Program-made: the position numbers and the translations under genes
Part shown: positions 13,265-25,300 of the stretch, one piece after another
Numbering within the stretch: the first letter of the stretch is position 1
Layout of the letters: the number at the start of each line of letters is the position of its first letter
NCBI GenBank assembly: GCA_051294905.1
Contig: CM119371.1
Coordinates: 11,596,001-11,660,000 of the forward strand
DNA length: 64,000 bases
Source: Botryllus schlosseri
Taxonomy: Eukaryota
Direction of reading: 5' to 3'
Notes under the pieces: model-generated
Database searches by the model: none
The model's input: the letters and a program-made list of their open reading frames with translations, nothing else
Told to the model about the DNA's origin: nothing

Positions 13265-13925
13265 GATATGATCAAGTGCAGCGTCGGTATTAAGCCGTCA
13301 CATTGCTGTTTTGATGCGGTACGAAGCAATGCCGTGGAGTGAGCTCTCATACGACTATGACGTTTTCGACAGCCGTTGGAGTTATTATGACGTCACAGGC
13401 ATGTGCATACCCACACAAAATAACGATCCAGCCCGACGGCCGCCGGCGCAACGGTAGTTATTGACTGAATGACTGAACTATTCGATAGTATACGGAGCCT
13501 GAGCGGGAGCAGCGGTATCAATGAGCTCCAAAGCGCGGAGCCGGAGACACTTCATTATAGAAGAGAGCTCTGGAGCCGAGCTGGAGCAGTTTAAAATTTT
13601 TGCCAGCTCCAAAGCCCTGGATATATTATAACCAGTAATGCTCACCGGTACGATCTAGCTGACTCCGAACACTGACCGCAACGTATTGACGAATCCCAAA
13701 AAATATCGTATATATTTATTCATATCACATACCTCGAGTCTGATATATTGTGTAATTATACTGATCTCCAGCAACCACATTAACGTTTGCGTTGTCGAAA
13801 TTCTGATTCACTTGGTTGGCTGTTGCCAACGACGATGTACCTTTTAAAAAGTATTTTATAATATTACATATTATTTACTTGTGCTGAGATTGAAACCGGC
13901 GTGTTCTCAGGGTGGTGTGGAGATG

Positions 13926-15913
13926 AGTGTTGGAACGACTCGAGACTAGGGCTGGGCAAAATGATTCGAGTACTCGAATCTGAATCGAGTAGTAATTTTA
14001 ATGATTCGAGTCGAGTAGTAAAGGACGATTTTTTCGAGTACTGAAATTATACGGTCCTCGCAACTGAAAGTTAATTTACTGACGAGAATTATAGTTTTGA
14101 TACTATTTTCCACCGAGGAAGCCGTGAAACCTTGATTGGCCGTGTTTGAGCATACCAGGCACAGTTTAAAGCTACGAACGTTACTGGAAATAACACATTT
14201 TCGAAGTCATTATCATCCAACAAAATTGTTAAGAAGTGCAATGAAATCGGTATGGTCGAAAAAATACCAAAGTATCTTTAATGTGATGGATAAGAGGCAT
14301 TACGTTCTTTGTGGTGGCATAAAAGGTTCATATTTGAACTTCGACATAGTACATCCTGTTGTGACGTCATAATGAGTGATACTCGATTACTCGACTCGAC
14401 TCGAAGCATATTACGTGATTCAGAATCAATTCACTCAGGTACTCGATTTTGCCCAGCCCTACTCGAGACATGACTTGAATCGATTCGGACTCGAGTCAAC
14501 TTTTTCAGATGACTTTACTTGCCTCGAGTCACTCTGCAAAAATGACTTGACTTGACTCGTCGTCTAAAAAAATTGGATTCACTCGAAGCGAAATTTTGGC
14601 GTCATCAAATGAATGTTGTCAACTAGGTCGATGTACATGTGCTACTGCTTACATGTTCTCGACACCCTGATTTGATCTGTGTGAGTAACAAGCCATTCAA
14701 CAATTGCACAGCCTTGTGTTACTCAGCCTCTATCGCTAAGCCGCAAATAAATTGACCGCAGCAAATGCTCACGCTGTTGTAGACTAGGAGTATTCTATCT
14801 AAGGGAGTAGTTTCTAATGACAGTATCACTCTGCGACGAAGAAATATGAAATACATTATATAGGAATATAGTTGAACAGATGTTACCGTTATAGGTCAGG
14901 GGTTCCCAATCTAGGGGTCGATTGCCTATTTTCAGAGGTCTGGGAAACCAAAATTGAATACCAATGTTTATTACAAGAGTGCCTATTAAGCGGATGCCAT
15001 CGGCGGCTCGTTTTCCGAAAATTATAACTAATTTCTCAAATTAGAAAAAAAAACGACCTCGAGGAAGACAACCAATCTCCTATAGCGGAATGCTTGTGTC
15101 CGGCCATCACTATGAAGATTAGTTTGCCAGGTGCATAGAAATCAATAGGACGGTAATTTTCCTTTTAGTTAGTGCTATATATGTTAACAGTGTACTACAT
15201 AAACGCACGCTCGGCGCGACCGAATAACTTGTAGATCGTTATCTGTTTTCGCGTGACGCAGAATCTCACGTACCAGTATACTTGATCACTTCGATTGAAT
15301 ATAATAGAAATCATTCCAAAGGAGCTATATACCTTGCTATAGTCTTGATTGACGAAGGTTGACGAGTTCGTAAGTAGGTTAGGGCAAAAGTGCTGACTAT
15401 TTTTTTCTAGTAGCCTAATCAGAACACGAAATTGAGAGGTGGGGGTCAGGGAACATATTAAATCCAAGTTTTGGGTCGTGATCATAAAAAGGTTGGGAAA
15501 CCCTGGTATTGTAGGATATTGCATGATATAAATTTGTTTAAACTTTATATCATCTATTTGGTGGACAGTTACCAACGTGGCTAGTAGCTCCGTGTATATG
15601 TGAGCCTCTACGTCCAATTGAAGATGTAATTAGTTCGATATCCTTCAGTCTATTCCTAATTATTAGTAAATCAACCTTGACCGCGATCATCTTGCAAAAT
15701 GCAATAACTTGAATCATGCCTGGAACCTATAAAATTCGACATGGATCTGTGACTTGACTCATGACTTGACTCGAGCCACCTCCAAAAATTAAGTCGCTCG
15801 ACCTGACTCGAGTCCCCTTCAAAAATCGAGTTACTTATTGACTTGAATCGAGTAAAAATGGTCAATGAATCGAATAAAGTTGGGACTCGAAGGTAGTGAC
15901 TTGATCCCTACTC
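13926..15913. mobile_element. DNA element with GACTCGAGTC subterminal repeats and nested insertions
   Basis: Right end is the reverse complement of 59624-59830; internal 14740-14800 matches the reverse complement of 60200-60270. Confidence 0.65.
13947..14461. mobile_element. hAT-type MITE
   Basis: TIR TAGGGCTGGGCAAAAT; perfect TSD CTCGAGAC; close copy at 45018-45541. Confidence 0.9.
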
Positions 15914-16479
15914 TATGGTGGACACGTCACTTAATAAAATATACGTCACTGAACGCTTAGATTAAGATGTCGATATTGTGATTGCTGCTTCCTACGCAGC
16001 TGTGTTTTGCTACATCTGTAGCCTAATAAATCACTTATTGGAAGGATATCTGCCATCCCGGTGATGGGAATTGATACTAAATAGACACAGAATTATAATA
16101 TTACCGACTGCTGCGTTCCAGTAATCCCTAGTGTTCACGTCACTGGATAAGCTACACTGGTGAACACTGAACATACCTCCTCCGCTATGCGGTCCTCTCA
16201 AATTTTCATCTGTAGGTGTGTGCTCAATGTTAGTGGCGGTTCCATGGATCTGATTTCCACCTACAACATTGATGGTTGCGTTCGCAATGTTTTGTTGAAT
16301 ATAGTCTGCTTCGGCGAGGGCTGCGGACCCTTTAAATGAGAAAAAATTCTACTCAAGTGATCTGCCAAACAAGTAATATTGCAAATGACCCACATAGGCC
16401 GAATTACGGATGTATATAAATCAGATTATCAAAAACGCTAATCCAGCCAAAATTCGCTTTTTCAATTTCCATGTATATT

Positions 16480-16760
16480 TGTTTGTTTGTTGTATTCGTT
16501 TTGTTTGTCGACTACTATGGTCATTTACACCAGGCCGATATTCCTTATTATTGATTCCGTATCTGCCGACTTTTAGCACCGCCCACGTCTATAGGCTTTT
16601 TGTAAAACACCGCTCACGCGGATGTGATGGCGAGGAGGAGCCTAGATAAACCGCCAACACTGCGGAAGGTATTCTGGAGTCTACCTTGGTCGGACTCAAA
16701 CCCACAACCCATTGGTGTTGTAGCTGTGGATAATACCACTACGATATCTCGCCACATATC
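16480..16760 (-). mobile_element. tRNA-derived SINE
   Basis: A/B-box-like head (gggtttgagtccgacc), core ggcggtttatctaggctcctcctcgcc, (AAAC)n tail; a related head lies at about 1870-1935. Confidence 0.65.
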
Positions 16761-18288
16761 ACTCCATATAGATGCTTTCTGAAAAACGGGATTGCTAGAA
16801 TACCAGCGCACGTTATGTGAATACACTTACTACACTATAGTAAATATGACCTTAATAAAGTAAGTATTTGGCTCTTGGAGGTACATAACTTCAATTTACA
16901 ATTGTAGGCTATTGTTAATATACAGTAAACAATATAATATAGGGGTCACAAACACGCGCGGCCAGCGAGAACACCTTGTAGACACGAGTCGAAATTTCGT
17001 ATTTTCAGGATTTAACAATATTTGCCACGCATATTTTTTTTCGTTTGAAAATTCGAAATTTACTCTAAAATTTCCACAAAACCCATTAAACTTCACTATA
17101 ACATCGCATGTGGCATGTCAAATGTACTGAACTTGATTCAAATTCTTGTTTTCGCAAATCCAGTAATTGAAATTCTAATTTAATTAAATCCTGTGTAGGT
17201 ATAATTATAAATCTGGTATAGTTTAGAAAAAGAACTGTAATTATAATTCTAATCTAATTTAACAAAGGTGAACATTTTCTAGATATTCAACTCTACTGTG
17301 ATTGACATCCGAAAAACGCAGGGGCTCACACTCCCTCCTGCGTCCTAAAATCGGTTATTTTGACGCCAGTTAATTTCATTTTAACCTTTGATGCAAGCAT
17401 TTTGTAGATAGTAGGAATAGTCTACCTGACCCACAATCGTCCATAATATTATGAACAGAGGTCTTTGACGGCGTGTTGGTCGTAGTAGCTTATGTATAGG
17501 AACTAACTGTATAAAAGAAAATGCATTTAATACAGTGAAATGTGATTTATATGCAACAGTGTGAACTTATCAGGCGCATTTCCAATAATTCTGTCAGCTA
17601 CTGTTTTCATGCCGGACGAACTTGAACCAGACATTCTAGTATTTGGGACATTTTCAACTACACGTTACCTGTTTTTATGAAATATATCGCTATGTCGCAC
17701 ATAGGCTAATAAATCAGTCCGTAGACAAAAGATTTGCGATCTAATCCGACGCTGATATTGAAGCTTGATTAGAGTCCAAAACTTGTATTCGATATGAGAC
17801 AAACGAGAATACACTGATGGTCCCGCCCCCATCATATATTCAACACGCAATGTATCAGCAATAATAATTAATCCGTCATTGTCAAAACTATACATCAATA
17901 AACAATTGTATAATATATTCATATTGAAATAATCCCGAACATTTGAAGTTGACTCTCGCCAGGGGTAATCCTTATAGCAACTATAGCAAACAATTTATAA
18001 TATAATATAATATATTATATAATAGGCTATATCTATCACAACAATCTTATCAGCGACTATGACATCATCAGCATGAAAATTCGAATAATCGAGGCGAATA
18101 GATCGTCTAAGGTCAATATACTCTTTTATTTATTTTACCCAGAGGCCTTCTGTCGGTATAAATTATAAGTCGGCGGGTTTTGATTAAAGTCGACTACAGG
18201 GTAGACGAATGATATAATGTACGGCCTCTCCCTAAAACGCAAAACCTGTTGTCTCGATAAATTTTCGCACAAATTGAATCCATTAACT

Positions 18289-19006
18289 CAGGGCCGGCCA
18301 ACCCGTGGCCCGCGGGCTACATGTGGCCCGCGAGACGGTTTTGAGTGGCCCGCGCGGTAATTTTAGAAATTAGTAATATTACCAAAAATGGATTGCCCAG
18401 ATTGTGAACTTGCATAGCCAACCAAAAATTTGATCAGTCTGGGCGCAACACTTAGGACGTGACGACTAAAATATCAATTCCGACGCATTGGCAGATCAAT
18501 GGGCCAATCAAATTTTGGTGGATCTTCGTACATTACAATAAAGCAAAATTTTCTGCGGTAGATTTATGTAAAGTAAAAATTGTCTTCCCGCTTCCCCCTC
18601 GATTTCTTGCTTTTAATATTGTTACCCCTCCTGAAAACGAAAGAACGCCTAAAGTGCCAGGTTGAGGCTAATTATAATCGCAATTACGAGAGAAAGTTGC
18701 GTCTAACATGCGACCTTGCGTTTGCGCTCGCAGGAAGACCGTCGACGATGAAACATAGCCTCGGCATAAAATGATCGACGCATGTTGGCCGAAGCTTTCG
18801 ATGTCGATATGTCCTGGCGCCGAATAGTCCAGTTCTTGCAAACTGAGCCCAGCAATATACAGCAGACCCTGAATATAGGCTACTCAAGTAACCATAATAT
18901 TGACCTATAAACTTTGAAAAAATTTCGCGCTTGGAGCGGCTAGTGGCCCGCGCGATGGTTCGTCAATGGAATGTAGCCCTTTGGCCGAAAAGGTTGGCCA
19001 CCCCTG
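18289..19006. mobile_element. hAT/Charlie-like MITE
   Basis: CAGGGCCGGCCAACC...GGTTGGCCACCCCTG; degenerate TSD CATTAACT/CAGTAACG. Confidence 0.75.
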
Positions 19007-21818
19007 CAGTAACGAGTCTTCGGGGACTGAATTAAACACGACCGTGAAGCGCGTGCTCTAATAAATCTGGGGATATACTGTTTCCATATGCAAATAATAT
19101 GTAGTTCTTCCCAGTTCCCACAATTGCAGCGCGCACAATATAAGACTTCCAAGGGGTCGTGTTTAAAATTGAACACCTAAACATTTATTTTCTATTACAT
19201 CCCGAATTTACAACTCGATTTTACCTACTGAAATCGATTAAAACTTTTTTTGTGCCGCGTTTTGAGGCTACATAAAATTTCTACAGAGTCGTATGTGAAA
19301 TTTGAAAAAAAATGATTGAACAACTCTATACGCTTTATAGGAGTTGAGCCGAGTTCGGGCCGTGTGTATAAACGGCCCGACTTAATCTTTGCCCCACACC
19401 AAGACCGCTAATATATAGCCTACTTTTAAATACTTGGAAAATAAGACTACTTGGAAAAAATTCAACTTGCTTGCAATTCATGTTGTACTGATGCTTATAA
19501 CTGCATGACATTACCACCTTGGTACAGTCTGCTTTCTATCTGACATGAAATCGGTTAACAAATTTCCGTGTCACTCTTAACAGCAAACAATACTCGCGTA
19601 CACCGCAATAAAAGTGAGTACCGTATGATAGCTTGACGATAATACAGCAATTGCCATCTGAAAGTTTGCACTAAAACCAATGACTAATACATTGTACATT
19701 GTTGACAATATTTCTATAAGGTCACGCAGAGTCGTAGTCGAGGTAGTCTTCAATGACATCACGCAATTGACAATCGGTACAACAAAGTTCGCCTATTCAA
19801 TAGATCGAACTGTCAGCACTAAATTTCCAATGAAACCGCGGAGAATAAATATAAAAGATGATACAAGCGTTCAATCAATTAAATTCCAGGAATGTGCAAG
19901 TGACAATCTGTACCGAAACAGCAGTTCGTCAGCCTCCCCCCCCTAAAAAACCTTGGTTTTGGGCCCCATAGGGTAATAAACCAAGCTTCTGGGGGGCTTA
20001 GCCCTACAGACCCCCCCCCCATCAGGCTAAATGTTTGGACCACTACTTAGCAGCGAGATTTCTTGTCCTGTTTAGTGAGTTATCAGCTTATATATCACCT
20101 AAACGAGCGAAGCGCAAAAAAATCCTTTTAATTCCTGATGGAGTCGGTCAATGCGATCAGGAATTGCAATATTGCTACCAATTTCTAGAGCATAAAGCTG
20201 TCTCGGAAAAGGTAGTGCCCGTGAATAGTAATTAAACAAATTCGGGCGGGTGCAATATGACTTTGCTACATGCTGTTATTTCGTGACCTCCTCTCTCTGC
20301 TATTTCAAAATATATTGAAATCGTGTTCGTTCAATTGGTATTTCTTTATCGGCAAATCATTTTATCTGCATTTGTCTTATGGGGTTAAGATTCCCGTGAA
20401 TGAACATTCAGCGCCAGTCATTTAGGCGCCTATACGGACAATTAAACATATCGAAGTTTTCAGTCAGCATAATGGCAGTCCTTTTCGGACAATTTTTCTC
20501 GCTGCCGATCGTTCTGGCACATTTCTCGGAATCGCATATGCATGGCATAAAACTTCATATGTCTTGGTGCGTCGTGGCGCGGTAATGGGTGATCCAAAAT
20601 ACCCACTTTTTCAATCCTACGTATTTTTTCTTGTTTCTCTTATTTCATCTGGTGAATCTTTGTTGATATACGATGTTCTTTTGAATTCTCTACTAATAGT
20701 TGCTGTCGTTTACCCCTGACGAGTGTCACCCGATTAGGGCTCATTTCTATATGAATATACTATTCAATGGCGAATCTTTGAAAATATACTAAAATTATAA
20801 TCAATGACAATAATGTGACACAAATAGCATAGCCTACAGCGTCTTCTCGGATCAATTCCACATTTATGGTAGTATATTGATCGACAATTCTATTGGTCCT
20901 CGCGGATACAAGCTGTACCATGCCATCTACAATACTCTGCAAATAGGTAATAATAGGCTACTGCCGGTGGTTGATTTATGATAATTTGAAATCTACAGCA
21001 GGCATGGTTTCTCAATCGGTTAAGGTTGATAATGTTTGAGGTTACAATTACAAAAATTGGCAACAATAACGCGGATTCATTTACGAAGACTAAGTCGCAA
21101 TCGAAGAAATACAATTTCCAATGATTAATAATTGCCTAATGCAGAACTGGGCATTTATTGTGCGGCCCGCGAAAACTTCCAAGGTACAGACTAGAATATA
21201 CGTTTATTATTGGTAATGCGTGGAGAAAAACTATTGTATAAACTGCTCGGTCGAACTGGAGTCCACAACCCATTACTACTGCAGCGGTGCCTCGAATTAT
21301 TTTTCCCAGTGAGAGTGTTCCGCGCGGTCAAAAGTCTTTAGAACCAGCACTGGCCTGGCGCATGTAAATAAGAGGCTGCTGAGAATGAAAAAAGGCAAAC
21401 ATAAAACGCCCAGGCATGTTGCGGTATAGGCGAGGTCGATATGTCAGATTATGGTCCTAGCTTCATTTGTGATACTGATAACTTTTCATGTCTTTATCAC
21501 GTACTTGAAAAAGGTTTGACGTGTCTTTGAAATCGCTACTAGTAGCCTATAGTTGTATTCAAGCAGAAATTTATGGAGGTACTACCTCTGTAGTCTGAGT
21601 ATACTCCAACCATATCTGTGATTACGAGATGTCTTGCATTAGGATATATTGACTGCGACTGACGATTTGACTAATTTGTAAATGAATAGCTGAGAGGCAC
21701 TGTGGAGTAGGCTATGGACTGAGAATTTTCACGACGACTAAAAGTGCGGCGTATAGAAACCCCAGAGTACGATACATAGTTGTCGAATATCCTGGAAATA
21801 GATAAATTATATGGCAAC

Positions 21819-22008
21819 CAATGTTCCCTCTAAGCTGCGCACGAGCGCAGTTCTGACACGGTCTTTGCGCACAGAAAATCCAAGTTGCACACAAAAAAGT
21901 CCGAAGTGATGACCTTTTTTTTAGTCGTTACGCACTGTTGTCCAAGGGTCTGCGCAGTGAGATGGTGAGCGTGCTGCGCAGTCTCGTCAAAAATTAGAGG
22001 GAACATTG
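21819..22008. mobile_element. 190-bp hAT-type MITE
   Basis: TIR CAATGTTCCCTCTAA; perfect 8-bp TSD ATGGCAAC. Confidence 0.9.
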
Positions 22009-22302
22009 ATGGCAACCCTTAGATGGCTAATTTCCATATCAGCAATATGCAAACACTCTATTGACCGTTTTATTTTCAAAACGTATACCACAAATGCATT
22101 CGGAAGAAAACGAATGTTTGAAGCAGGGTGTGAGAAGAGGAACACAGTAGGCATACACAGGACTAGATTCAACTAAATGAACAGATACGCTTGGAAACAA
22201 AGGATAGACTATTCGACGTTCGGACTACAGTCGCTAATCCAACACTTTAGATACCTCAAGTGATTGAGTACAAGCCTTTACTCAAAATTCGAGTCTTTCA
22301 GG

Positions 22303-25300
22303 CTACTTAGCGGCTTTCAGCTCTACAATAAGTCTTTGCGCGTGATCAGTGACCTGTCTGTTTTGCACAGAAAACCCTGCCGAAGTTTTCGACCGCGCCG
22401 AGATAATCCGTGGCGACCATTGATACCTAGCCGATGTCGGAAGAGTGGAATTTTGAGTCTTCGACGCGGCCACAAAGTCAGACAACTTCTCCACGGCGTT
22501 GAGATTGATCAACGCGTTTTTCAATTCAGAATGGGTGGCCGCCGAACGCAGCGCTATCAAAGCGGATTGCCTCACGCTGACTTGCGTGTCATGCAACACA
22601 GTGGTGAGTAAACCAGGCATGACTTGCGAATCTTGCAGGCTCTGACGTAGTGTGGTTCCCCACTCCGCTAAATTCCCAAGAGTAAGAGCTACGTTAGACC
22701 TGGTTTTAGGAACGGGATCATTCAGAAAATTAACGAGAAGAGTAACAGCCTTCTCCAGATGCTTTCCCAAGTCCTTGAACAAGGCGTCGTTCTTTTTATC
22801 GCCGCAACCGATGAAGGCTATGTTACCGTACGCGAAAGACGCGGACCTACGACACGCGCCTTCGTTCATAGACAAGCAGCTGTGTAAAGCTTCGAAGATA
22901 TCCGCTCGGTATTTCGCGGGTATTTTTTGAATCAGCGAGTAATTCTGTTTGCGCATTACATTCCCTATCAAGCAGCACGCCTTGGAGCGTACCGCCGTGT
23001 CATCGTTTGACAAGCAAGGCAATATCGCCGGCTCCGTGTTGCTAGATTTTAGAGTAATGTCGCTGACTAATTTGATGCTGTCAGCCGCTACTCTTGCGAT
23101 GTGACTGAGCAAGGTTAGCAAGTCGCATTTTGCGATCGGTTTCGTGTCGTTGTGCGTGAGTACGTCTGTGAAATACCGTACGTGTTCCGGCTTGCAGCAT
23201 TGCGTGAACTGTTCCACGCAGGGCTTAAAACTGAGGGACATTCTGCACAGCAAGCCGATCGGTACGTCTAATTTCGATAGCGGCAGAGCGGAGACACACA
23301 GGCGAACGATGATGGAGACTAGATTGACTTCGGAATAGCATTCGAAGATTTGCTGGAGGAACATCTCGTTCGTGTCGATGGCGAACGGGAAGCAAAGGCA
23401 TCTGAGCGCCTGAAAATGAAGTGCTTAGGAAATGAAATGAATCGGTTGGCCAGTGCTACGGAGGACATTGCACTGACGTATATTGAGATGTGGCTTAAAA
23501 TGCAACCGTGATCGTACAATAAGGATCCTACAAGACATGGAAAATGTTTCATGGAAGGTACATCTTAGCATGCGAGATTTCTTATACTTCCAAGTATATT
23601 TTGCCTACTTGAACTGCTCCCTGAAGTGGTTATGTTTTAGATAACTTTTAGAATTGTCACGTTTAACATACTTAGAAATCCTTAATTTTACCATGTATGG
23701 AAATTTCAGCATGCGGGTTGAAGTTAGGCGTAGTTTTGGGATTATAACGTGTCCCATGGCAAGCTGTCATTTTTCATTAGGTGCTTGGTCATATGTCAGA
23801 CAACCATAGCAAATACATACTAATGAATATATTCTTCGTTGGGGATGGCAATAGAACCTTTCGCCCACTGCATATGCCACAAACCACAACGTGATGCACT
23901 CACGGATAGTCAATACGGAGAGAATTGTGCGACTAGATAATTCTAGTTGTCTAGTTCGAGTGAAATATTGGTAAACTAATTCTAATATAATTTGTGAAAT
24001 GTTTCTATGATCTAATTTTAATGCCGATCCAAATTCTGGATACAGGTGAACTGTATCGTGTGAAACGGGCCAAGACTGGTGCGCATACATTTGCCATTTG
24101 CCTGACTTTTGTTGCATTTCTTTTTAATTCGAAATTTCATGAAATTTCCGAGTTTTGGCGTATTCAGTAATTCTAATTCTAACTTAATTTGGAAAAGCAG
24201 AACACATTCTCCCGTCATCAAACTATGAAATAAAAATAGTAGTCTAGTACCTAGTACCCAACTATGCAAAATGAATACGCATACGCAGATAAAGTGATAC
24301 TCATATAACATGTATTAGTGTAAAGTTTGCATCACCTGCAATACGATATCGGTGTAAATGCTTTCAGACTCGGAATCTCCACGGTCGTGCTTGCCGAATA
24401 CATGCGGAGACTTGCGGAAATCTTCACCCAACAACGCGAGTAACGAAAGAATGACGACGGAATCCGTAGCGGACAAAAGCGGCACGCACTGGTACGGCTC
24501 CAGGGTGAAAACTGCCATAGTCACCTGTAGAATAGAATTACTTTAACCTGAAGACTTAGTAATGTCTGATAGGACTACAGAAGAGTTGCAATCGCAGTTC
24601 TAGAGATCGTCTTTCACATCAGTGGCACAGATTAATGGCTTGATACACCAGAGAAAAAACACTAGTTTCTTATGTGCAAAGATGACATATAGGGTTTGTC
24701 ACAACACCGAGGCTGCTATATATTAGTACTGAAGAATATGAACAGCTGAACACTGCATTGTATGGAAGTGTTCTGGCTGGTGGTCTGATCATGCATCACA
24801 CGCATTTCAAGGTTGATAACCACCAAAATGGTCCAAACCGCAATTAGAATACATGCTAAATGCTATTGGATGCTCAAGGCCTCATTTACATACTGGGGGG
24901 ATTTGACAAAACTGATACGTTGTACTACACAAGTCACTAGAACATCACGAAACAATAGATCTGTTTTGCACATACTATATAATGTTACACTCGGACCATG
25001 GATGTGGAACATCTGAAAAGTTTGAGACGGTATTAGCTATGGATTAGAGTTTCTCTCAGATAAAAATTGAATTCAGTATTTGGATTGATCAAATCAGCTT
25101 TTACCTTGTAGCCATCAGAAGTGAACGATCGATTTCATCCCACTACGAGATCGAGAGGTTATGAGGCATTAAGAAAATCACCTGAAGGTCATGATAAACT
25201 ATACTTACATGCAGAAACGCTAGAATACCGTCAGGCGACATCAACATCGGATCGTACGACTCAAATTCCTTCGCCGCATGACTGGTGATCCGCGCAGACG

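Larger units (their letters stand above)
10195..13619. mobile_element. hAT-type element hosting four nested insertions
   Basis: TIR CAGGGCTTTGGAGC; TSD GATATA(G/T)T; GGAGC subterminal repeats. Confidence 0.82.
1..20940 (-). pseudogene. Putative decayed multi-exon gene(s) of unknown family with repeated exon modules
   Basis: AG/GT-bounded protein-like segments between TEs: 20936-20838, 19176-19043, 18232-18139, 17888-17668, 16329-16177, 7868-7695, 3350-3208, about 490-325, 158-1. Several carry single in-frame stops. Confidence 0.35.
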
